A stretch of DNA of 64,000 nt from Macrostomum hystrix (lineage: Eukaryota; Animalia; Platyhelminthes), in contig CATNEN010000001.1 in assembly GCA_950097015.1 (NCBI GenBank), forward strand, positions 5,456,001 through 5,520,000, written 5' to 3'. Of this stretch, positions 1-10,439 are shown in pieces; the first letter of the stretch is position 1; each line of letters begins with the position of its first letter. The position numbers and the translations under genes were made by a program. The notes beneath the pieces were generated by a model that saw nothing but the letters and a program-made list of their open reading frames with translations, made no database searches and had not been told where the DNA came from.

Positions 1-2194
1 GTTGTTTATACTCTTACATTTGAGTTATTTGCAGCTCGTGATGTATGCTCATGTGCTAGTATTCCTGCTCTGTGACAAATCTCTCTACACTGGTCGCCGA
101 GTGGTCAGAATATCATCTGTCTTTTTTCCTTTATTGATGCATTTAACATTCTGCTAGTTTATACTGTTCTCTCTTCTCTCGTTTTTTTGGCAGTATGTTT
201 AACGACAAATAGTTGTATTCAGTAAATACTATAAACTTTGCTGCTTTAACAGTAGGACTGCCAGTTTTTATACCAAGGGGAATTTTATGGCAGTGCCCGA
301 ATGCTAACAGCGTTGGGTGGAGACTGATTGTTTCGCAGACTTGGCGAGGTGCCCTGTCGTTGAGTTGCGCCTAATAATTAGGCTTGATCAGTGAAATTGG
401 AGAAATTCGCGTCAGGGTGGTCCATAGTTGCCTAGCTCCACCTGTTGTAGCCCTTGAAGGTCCAGCAGTCCGTCTAGATAAAAGTTGGTGACCACCGAAG
501 ACGGAGATGATGCAAGCACATTCGGGTGACATGCTTTTAAATTTTGAAGGCCTAGCAAGGCCGCACTGAGGCGCATTGCTAATTCATGCGTGTATAGGGG
601 TGTATGAATTCACTAGCGATTATTGGAAAAATCTGACCTTCGGCCAGAACCATTAAATATCTCGACGGTCTGAAGAGCTGACGACTTGATTATTGTTTCA
701 GAAGATGCGCAGCAAAAAGTTGGCCGATATTCTTAAGTTTCGTGATCTTAAGTTGCTTCGTTCGGGTGCAGTAAAAAAATTGTCAAGTGGGGAAATCCTC
801 CTTTGGTAGTTTTACTGCCAGAACTTCATTTTTATCGGTTGATCCGTGCAGTTTCATAGTTTTTATTCTAGTAGATTCTGAAACTCGTAGTAATATTAGG
901 ATACTATGTTAGGTTAGGATACCAACTAACTGTGGGTCGAATGGTTAGTCCTAAGTGGGTGAAGCTGTCACGATAATATTTAGCTTCAGGCTGGGAAGCT
1001 CCATCCGAAAATGGGGGCTGAAAATGGATGCTGGATGTTTTATCAAATAAGTTCCCGTCTGTCTCAGATGATTTATTCATAAGCTCGCATCGATACAGTA
1101 TAGACCTTCAATGTCTTCAGTTGCTTCGCGGTTTTGAAGCAGACACCAGAAAAGAAATAACGGCTACTTTGCTCACGAGGAACAGTCTATTTTAGTGTCA
1201 GACGAAGCGAGAAGGTAAATTTATCCGGCTAGCTCATCAACTGGTTAGTGCCACTTTTGGTTCTGGGATTCAACTGAGCGAGTTATGATGAAGATTGTCA
1301 ATTACAGCTTTGTGTGTGGCCGATAGCAACATAATTGTCTTCTCGCACGTGGTAATTCCCATCTATCAGCTAATCACTGCTAATTTTTGTCGGTCGATTC
1401 TCGCTTGTCTGGCTTTATTTCACTTTATTGGATTTCCTACAACTTCTTTTTTTTTACTCGGGACGTTGTTACGAGCGACATCTCGCCACTTTTTTATCCT
1501 ATCCCATCCCATATCACAGTCTTTTCACCTGCACTAAATTCCTATAACTTTAGGTAGTACATCAGTATCAAATGAACAAAATTACAAGTTAAAAATAGCT
1601 TATTAATAGCTTAAGCATAAAGTACTTTTGCAAGATCCCATTTCCTTCTCCTTGAATGATTTTTCCGATGCAAGCAAACCTTTTTTATAATTTGCGGCTT
1701 GTGTCGACCTGAAAACACGCTGTGAAACAGGACACACCGACCAATGTCTCTTGCATCAACCTCGGGGTGGACATTTAGCAAAAAGAACTCTAAACAAACC
1801 AAAGAAAATTATTTTTAGTGCAGCAATCGCTTGAAAAGATGAGATAAACAACAGCTTGGTCATCAAATTGTCAGCTGTCGTAGCTGTCGCATGTTAAAGA
1901 AAACGCTTCGACGCAGAAAGCAGATTGCCAGAAAAATACGCTTTAGGAAATAATTTCTAGTTAAGTAAAGGTTTTCATCAGATGACACCTGTTTGATCAC
2001 CAATATAGGCCTATTTGCTGATCGTGCCTAGATTATTTGATTACAAAATGCTTCGCTGGTTTCCAAAGCAGACTACGCTAGTGTGTTGAACTGTGAAATA
2101 ATTATTTATTGCCATTTTGTGTACCCACTTCTTACTATGCCTTTGTACATCATTTGCACATATTTTCCATCCAACTCATTCTGTCTTACTTTAG

Positions 2195-5100
2195 ATTCCT
2201 CAAATTAGCTACGCCTCTACTAGTCCCGAGCTCAGCGACGTCAATCGATTTGATTTTTTCTTTCGCGTTGTGCCCTCCGACATCGACCAGGCCAAGGCCA
2301 TGGCGGCCATTGTACGCCAGATGGGCTGGAACTACGTGGCTGCTTTGCACGACGAGGGCACGTACGGCGAGAGAGGTTTTCAAGAGTTCAAGACGCATGC
2401 GTATAATCAGGGTGAGTTGCTTCTCCGGTATTTCAGTTGGTTGGTTGGTTGGTTGGTTGGTTGGTTGGTTGGTTGGTTGGTTGATTGGTTGGTTGGTTGG
2501 TTGGTTGGTTGGTTGGTTGATTGGTTGGTTGGTTGGTTGGTTGGTTGGTTGGTTGGTTGGTTGATTGGTTGGTTGGTTGGTTGGTTGGTTGGTTGGTTGA
2601 TTGGTTGGTTGGTTGGTTGGTTGGTTGGTTGGTTGGTTGGTTGATTGATTGGTTGGTTGGTTGGTTGGTTGGTTGGTTGATTGGTTGGTTGGTTGATTGG
2701 TTGGTTGGTTGATTGGTTGGTTGATTGGTTGGTTGGTTGGTTGATTGGTTGGTTGGTTGATTGGTTGGTTGGTTGATTGGTTGGTTGGTTGAATGACTTG
2801 AAAGTTTCGCAGAAAAGTGTTCTAAGTTCGCAGTAAAGGGGTCGACGCAGACCTGAAGTTTTCTGCTTGTCTGTCGTTCTTACTTGGCTACTTATTTCCT
2901 GAGAAAGCAATTAAACTAATTGTTAGGAAATTCAAGCTATTTTACTTAAGCGAGCTAGGTGCTAATATACAAGTCGATGGATTTTAGGCGCATGAATGGA
3001 GATTAACTTAATAACACAATGTATAGCCTGCAACTTGGCTTTGAGCACAAGGCTCTTTAGACAATATGAATATTTATTTAGTTTTATTAAATCCACTAAA
3101 TAACAGGCACTAAAATGATTTCATAAGGCTTTTCTAGTCTAGTATGAGTAAATATTGCTGCATAAAGGAAAGGTGATGTTAAAATGACAGAGCGCATCAA
3201 AGTAGTCACTGAGCAGAAAGATCAAAGCACTATTATCTGGCTGCTTTTCCTGTGCTAATGTGCGCACACGATTCCACCCTGGCTTTGTGGTTCCTGACTG
3301 ATAAGGAATCAACGCTGACAGGGGAAAAAGCTCGCTTTTTTAGTTTAGGAAGCAAAATTTAACGCAGATAACAGAAAGGGGAGGGACAGTTATGTGAAAG
3401 GATGAATATTAGCCGACTTAGAGCAATCTTGAGGGTGCACTTTAGAGAAAGAAGCTCGATCAGAGTTCTATTTAAATTGTTATACCAAAAAATTTTTTAC
3501 TTGTCGCGGGGCCTTGTACAGCTGTTCAGTTTCCGTGGACTGGAGTGAGACGCCAGACCCAACAGTTTTCTACTCCAGCTAATGCTGGTGTCAATGAAAC
3601 AGAAATTGTGTAGCGGCGATCGACAGAAGATAGTTAAAGCATTGAAATTCTGGCACGGAGTATTTGTGGCCTTGTGATTTGAGCTTCGGACTTTTGTCAG
3701 ACAGGGTTCCGATTCATATTTACGTCCTTAAGCTGGACGTTTGATTCCCATAAAAAATGTAGTTCAATGAGCTGTAATATTGGTACCACCAGTATTAGAG
3801 GGGGTAGAAAAAATTTAGGTGGGTATGCTGGCTTCTACAGTGCACGAACAGCTGAACACCAAGGACTAAGGACCAAGAAAGTAGCTAACTATTAGTGGTC
3901 CTAGCTGATGACTATACTTTGGAAGCGCCATGCAATTGGACCTATATACCAGTCCAACTAATATATATGCTGAACCAACGAAAAATAAGAAAACAAAACG
4001 TTTCATTGGTCTCCTATCTCCGTCCATTCGCAGGGGTTTGTATCAGCAAGACGCTGCTGATTCCGAGAAATCCAAAAAACGGCACCCTCGCCAGCATCGC
4101 CGAGAGTCTGCTAAGCCTGCCAAAGTCGCGTGTTGTGGTGGCGTTCTGCCAATCCGAGTCACTCCGGCCGTTGTTTCGTCTGCTTGGCAAGCAGAGAAAA
4201 TCTAGGCGACTCTTCTGGGTGGCCAGCGACGGCTGGGGCCGCAAGACCGACCACCTGATCGGAGACGAGGCCGCGTTCGAGGGCGCCGTCAGCCTACTAC
4301 CGGAGAGAAGAGTAGTCGAAGGTGAGGCGGAAAGTCGGCCATTATTTCATAACCTACTCGTTTCAGTTTCAAGTAAACCGCTTCTATTTTAAGAATTCCT
4401 GTCAAGGTTTAAAGAAATCCGCCTCTTTTCTAAGAAATCCACCCCTGTTCAAAGAAATCCTCCCCTGTTCAAGGAAATCTTCCCCTGTTCAAGGAAATCC
4501 ACCCCTGTTCAAAGAAATCCTCCCCTGTTCAAGGAAATCTTCCCCTGTTCAAAGAAATCCACCCCTGTTCAAGGAAATCCTCCCCTGTTCAAAGAAATCC
4601 ACCCCTGTTCAAGGAAATCCTCCCCTGTTCAAAGAAATCCACCCCTGTTCAAGAAAATCCTCCCCTGTTCAAGGAAGTCCACCCCTGTTCAAAGAAATCC
4701 ACCCCTGTTCAAGGAAATCCTCCCCTGTTCAAGGAAGTCCACCCCTGTTCAAAGAAATCCACCCCTGTTCAAGGAAATCCTCCCCTGTTCAAAGAAATCC
4801 TCCGCTGTTCAAAGAAATCCACCCATGTTCAAAGAAATCCTCCCTGTTCAAAGAAATCCTCCCCGGCCTGTTCAAAGAAATCCTCCGCTGTTCAAGGAAA
4901 TCCTCCCCTGTTAAAAAATCGCAATTTTAAAAAACTTCCTTGTTTAAATAAATATGCTAAGTTTAAAAAAAGCCTTCCTAGTTAAAAGAAGTAGGTCTTT
5001 TTAAAGAAAGTCGTTGCCTATTCAAGGAAATCATCGGTCTCTAGCAATAAGGACACCAAAGTACTTTTCCAGACGATAGCACGCTCATTTTCAGACTTTG

Positions 5101-8100
5101 ACAGCTATTTCAAGAGCCTGACACTGAATCACAGTCGTCTAAATCCGTGGTGGGCCGAGTTCTGGGCCGTCCATTTTCAATGCAGACTTAACGGCTACAA
5201 CACTGGCGCCGCAAAAAACTGCACAGGTAAGTGTCTAATCATTCCGGTAAAATTTTATCGAGTCTTTCAGAATACTTTCTGGTTTCAAATCAATTTTTTG
5301 CTATGATTGAATACCTCGTTTTTTGTTTTTTTGTACTTTCGTCATTTTGTCACGATCATTGAAATTGTTGTCAGCTTTCTCTAGTTGGTTCAGTCTTAAA
5401 AGGTGCGTAGTGAAATCGTTTATGAGACAATCAAGTAATTTTCTATTTTCAATAATCACGAAGTGAAGGTCGGGGGTTCGATTCTTGGGTCCACTGCAAC
5501 CATTTTTGTCCTTCAGTTCAACTCCTGATTGCGTCAATTCACCCAGTTGTTAAATCGGTACCTGCATCAGCTGGGGTAATTGAGGGTGGGTGTGGCGTCC
5601 CCTCGACTGAACAGCCGTAAACAGCTTTCATTTGCGCCGCGCAATAGCTGTGGCTCTGCTGTCGGCTGCACATCTGGCCCAATATAAAAAATTGTTGAAG
5701 AATTTACCTAAACCTCGTAAACTAGTTTCTAATAAGCCCATTTTTATTGACGGGCGACGAACTGCAGTTTGAATTTAGTCAAACAAATCTAAAAAAACCA
5801 TGCAATTCCTCACGCAATTCACAGGCCAGGAGCGCATCGGCATAGATAGCCGCTACGAACAAGAAGGCCTAGTACCAATTGTAGTTGACGCTGTTCAAGC
5901 AATGTCCCGCGCCATTGAAGACATGCATAGAAGCCTCTGTAAGAATGTCTCTTTGAGTCAATGTCGATGGCTTAACACCACACTGAATGGTACACAGCTG
6001 CGCGACTTCATTCGATCGGTGAACTTCACCGGCACCTCCGGAAATCCGGTTCGCTTCAATATGTTCGGCGATCGAGAATCCCAGTACGAAGTGTTTCAGT
6101 ATCAGCGAGTCGCTGGTGCAGCTGAAGGGCATCCAAAAAGCTTTCGATACGTCAAGATTGGCATGTGGAGCAACCACCTGGAGCTGGACAATTCCAGCAT
6201 TCGATGGGGCACAGAGAACGAAGCGGCTCCTAGATCAGTCTGCTCAGAGCCTTGCCAGTACGGGAATCGAACCGTGGTGTTGAACAAGGACTCAGCCACC
6301 TGCTGTTGGGACTGCGTGGCTTGCGACAAGTACCAGGTTTGTGGCTTGTAGACGGCATACACTCGTAAAAATGTACAGTAAAATGTTTGTGTTTTTTAAA
6401 TACCCCAGGGGTATTTCCACTGTTAACAGTAAATAGTAAACATGGCATTACTACTTCGGGCCCCTTATCAATGATCGAGCACCCATGTCACTAAAAAATT
6501 GACGGCACTTAAAAACGCATTAAACATGTTTTTCGCATAATTTTATTAACAGATTGTCATCAACACGAGCCTATGCTTGGACTGTCAGCTAGGCTATGTA
6601 CCTAACAGATTCTATAATGTTTGCCAAGAACTGCCCATAGATACGATACGTCTCACAAGTGTCTGGGCCATTCTGCCAATGGGTTTCAGCCTGGTGGGGC
6701 TGGCTTGGACTGGTTTCGTGCTCACGGTGTTCATTCGCTACAACCAGACGCCGCTGATTCGAGCTTCGGGTCGCGAGCTCTGCTACGTCATGCTAGCCGG
6801 CATCTTGATGTCCTACTGTATGACGTTCATCATGCTGGCCCCGCCAACCCCGATCACGTGCGGGTTTCTAAGAATATTCAACGGACTCAGCCTGAGCATA
6901 GTCTACTCAGCAATCTTCACCAAGACTAACCGATTAAGTCGAATTTTTAATCGAGGGATCAAGTCTTTAATGAAGAAGCCGTCCTACACTAGTCCGAAGT
7001 CGCAGTTGATTTTGTGCTCTTGCCTAGTCTCGGTGCAAATTATTGGCGACATTACCTGGCTGGGAATGGACCTGCCTAAAACTAAGTTTGATTATCCGGA
7101 TCGCGATCACAAAGTGCTGCGTTGCGCTGTCGACGACGTCGCAATTGTTGTCTCGCTTCTCTATAACATGATCCTAATTGTGCTGTGCACTCTGTACGCT
7201 TTCAAGACGCGTAATATTCCAGAGAATTTTAATGAAGCCAAGTACATCGCGTTCACAATGTACTCGACTTGCATTGTTTGGCTAGCGTTCATCGCCATCT
7301 ACTTTGGATCATTGAGAAATTTCCGGGTTTGTTCAAATCTTGCTGGATTTTTTTGGCTTTTCTAATTAAGTAGCATTCTCAAAAGTAGAAATCTCAGTTT
7401 TCGATTGTACCCGTTATAAATCTAACAATCGATGCTTGTTAATTCCTGGAAAATTTACCCTTTCCTTTTCAATTTAACTTTTAACTTTTGCAGATAAAGT
7501 TGACCTCGCTTTGCATGTGCATCAGCATCAGCGCCAGTGTCACACTATGCTGCATGTTCGCACCAAAGATTTATATTGTGCTCTTCCAGCCTCACAAAAA
7601 TGTTCGCCGAACCAACTCAACAGTCGGTGCCGGAGGAGTCAGCGGAAACGCCGGCGCCCTTAGCGGCGGCCTGGGCAGTTCCCGAGCAATGCTGGGACCT
7701 CCAGGTGGTCGCGAACTGCCCTCTTCTCCGTCCAGTCGTCAACCGCTGATTCGTCGTGCCACATCGGTGCCGCCGCAGCTTCAGACGCCTCCACCATCGC
7801 CGCCGCTGTCTTTTGCTGTGCCGGAGGCCAAATCTGGCTCTTTGTGTCATTATGCTCGCAGCACTTCAACCGAGGCTAAAGTACAGTGGCGGCGCGAAGC
7901 GTCTTCAGCGAATGGCGAGTGTCACCAGCAGCGCGTTCTGTGTCACATGACTGCGGAAGGGAACAGCGTCGGTCGAGGTGGCGTTCGCTGGTTTATCAAC
8001 GACGCAGAGACGACCTCAGCACCACTTAAAGCGTCAAAGCAGCAATGTAAGCATTTTTTAAAAGTTTTCTATCGCAAAATTAGAATTCTTCTTTGTAATT

Positions 8101-8418
8101 CGAATTAAAATGACCACACAAGGTGTCGCTCTGCTGATCGCCAACACCCCGGCGGAACTCAACATGGAGGCCTCAGAACGGTCGCCCAGTGCAGCGCGAA
8201 TAGCAACAGAGGCTTCAAGCTCTCGTGTCAGCTCATCGTCTGAACGTAACGGCATCAAAGAGCCGCCAGTCTGGATGACAGCCAACGAGCTGAAGCTGCT
8301 GGCTGAGGCCTCAGCGGACGCGTGTCAATGCTGCGGAGCTTTCGACCATCCGAGCAGCGACTGCCAACTGCCTGGAGAAATTTTTGCGAATCCAAATGTT
8401 CGGGAGACAGTTTTGTGA
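2195..8418 (+). CDS. GRM: Metabotropic glutamate receptor-like class C GPCR (5'-partial). Exons 2195-2411, 4034-4321, 5095-5226, 5825-6336, 6553-7326, 7494-8046, 8123-8418
   Basis: The spliced translation gives Venus-flytrap motifs ([52 protein letters not shown]), a Cys-rich domain ([15 protein letters not shown]) and the 7TM region ([69 protein letters not shown]). All introns are GT-AG with matching phases. Confidence 0.95.
2437..2790. repeat. (TTGG)n microsatellite with TTGA variants, in an mGluR intron
   Basis: Direct reading; it explains the WLVG/NQPT pseudo-ORFs. Confidence 0.97.
4430..4912. repeat. 20-bp minisatellite (AAAGAAATCCACCCCTGTTC)n, intronic
   Basis: About 24 tandem copies read directly. 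Confidence 0.95.
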
Positions 8419-9597
8419 TCATTGTGATTTCTGTGCTCCCTGAGAACCTTGCGCGTTTAGTGGCGAAGCACAATGGGCGTTAAGTTACGACCTTGCTGTG
8501 GTAAAAGACACCTTGCAAGGAAAGACCACGAAAGCCGATGATCACATAAAACATGAGAAAAGCTCATATATTAGTATTAGCAGTAGTCAGTGGTGAAGAC
8601 AATAGCGTACAAAGTATGTAGCCATATACAAATAGAATTTTTTTTTCAGTTGATTAACGGTACATCGATAAAGTGTTACGTTTATATGGATCGTTAAAAA
8701 ATATTTAGATTTTTCTGTATGGAGATCGGTACTAAGCTTTTGTATCTATTTCAGACTTTAGGCCTATTGCTGGTACCTATTGATCTAACGAAGGGACTCA
8801 CCTCCTAGTCTGGAGTCAGAACCTTTAGTCTCAGGGCTAAAAGCTATCTCTTCATCCCCGAAATAACATTTCATGCATGGGATAAATCGCACCACTTCGC
8901 TAAACCCTTTCGTCTTTCAATTTGACTTTGTCGATTGCAAAGTGCGCTCAAATGTTCCGAATTATTTTCCTGCATTGGCAAGCTCACTAATGCTTGAATG
9001 TAATGTTTTAACCAGCTGGTACTTTTTCTTCAACTATGCTAGAATAAAAAGACACGCTTCTCACTTGCTTACAATCTTAGTCAACAGTCTTAAAGAAAGC
9101 GATATTGTGTCTTTTCAATGGCAAAAATGGCAATATTTATTGAATACATATGTCATGATCGCATATGATACACGACAGACACATTAGCGTCAGTTGATTC
9201 CACCAGAGCATACTAGAAACGCTAAACCACAAAGGCAGTGTGTAACTTTGTGGATAATATTCGATACAAAGCCACAGCAGCCAACGCCGCTGTGACGGCT
9301 GCGTTAGTAACTCAAAGAAAACGCAGCACCGCGTCCGCAGTAGCCGCCTCCAGTACAGCCGAAGTCAATGCGACATCCGACGCAGCAGCAACCGCCAGCA
9401 CCGCCTCCTCCGAAGCCACCGTCACCGGTGGGGCAGGAGGAGCTGCGGGCTCCGCTGTGCTTTACTTGAAAAATCGTAAAAAAGTTAATCCGCTCGTAGC
9501 TAAATTTGTTCCAGAGGCAACTCAAAGGTGAACTGGAAACATATCAAACATGACTAATTTAATTTTTTATTTTGCGGTATGGTAGGCATGACAAGAT

Positions 9598-9967
9598 GGG
9601 GTCGGTGGCAGAGCGGTTAACGCATTTGTCTCTCACACCACGGTCCCCAAGTTCGATTCCACAGCGAGGCCACATTCATTTGGGGCGCAGCCGCGGAGAG
9701 AAGGCTTGGGGGTTTGTCGTGCAATTTACGCCCTTGAGGGCCAACCTCCAAGGCACAGTGAAGTTTACACTGCCTGACGATGAGAAAGTCAGGGCAGATG
9801 TACACACCTGTGTGAGCGTGTGTCTGCACACGGTATCTGTGTGCGTGTGTGCTCAGGAGTCAGCGAAATGGGCAAAATTGCATCGTCGCGAGCTGCGGGT
9901 CTTATGTCACCAAATGCTCGCAACCCTCCTGCAGTTATTATTGTTATCATCATAATTATTATCATAA
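9598..9967 (+). mobile_element. tRNA-derived SINE (family A), near full-length, with 10-bp TSD GCATGACAAG
   Basis: Pol III A box TGGCAGAGCGG, B box GTTCGATTCC and a (TTA/TCA)n tail. GCATGACAAG occurs at 9586-9595 and 9968-9977. The body is shared with about 7 other copies in the window. Confidence 0.9.
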
Positions 9968-10381
9968 GCATGACAAGTCCTGTTGTGCAGCACCCGACGA
10001 TGCAAATCCCAGCTACGTAGATTTTGGTCTAAGCTTTCGCCATCCAAACATTATGTTTACATTCCAGCTGGTGCATTTGAATTCACATCTTTAATTGCCA
10101 TTCACCAGAGAAATACTACGCTATTTTCCAAGTGGGGTAAAGACCAGGTTTTGCATGCAGGATTCAAGCGTGTATCAGAGCTGGAATGAGTACTCGTTCT
10201 TTGAGCAGTTGTTGTTGGATACTTGCTTTGCTGGTGCATTCTAGTTCATTCTACATTTTAGGGCAGGTTTTTTAGGTTAGATTGAAATTATTTCCAGTTA
10301 CCATGCCAATCAAATCCTGTAAAATCCAGCCATTGAGTCTACTCCGCCTGCTATTGGTCTGGGGTTCGGCCAGAACATTAG

Positions 10382-10387
10382 TATAAA
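10382..10387 (+). promoter_or_regulatory. Candidate TATA box of the FReD gene
   Basis: TATAAA about 55 nt upstream of the ATG at 10440. Confidence 0.4.
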
Positions 10388-10439
10388 CTGCAGTCGCAAG
10401 AACGCTCACAGTTCTAGTCCATCACATTTGACATTGGCG

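Noticed and set aside
250-1450. Possible decayed minus-strand LINE (FYLDG.., DSFTHLGLTI fragments)
   Set aside because: Only isolated weak motifs among many stops and in a doubtful order; it cannot be supported without a profile search.
2109-2910. ORFs with WLVG/NQPT repeats
   Set aside because: Translations of the (TTGG)n intronic microsatellite.
9598-9675. tRNA gene
   Set aside because: A and B boxes are present but there is no proper cloverleaf or terminator, and the sequence continues into a repeated body; it is a SINE head.
9770-9880. CTGACGA..GAAA and GCGAAATGGGCAG in SINE A resembling hammerhead or HDV ribozyme cores
   Set aside because: CTGAC is paired in a simple hairpin with GTCAG. 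No hammerhead stem II/III arrangement or HDV P3/L3 loop could be built by eye; it remains testable with Infernal.
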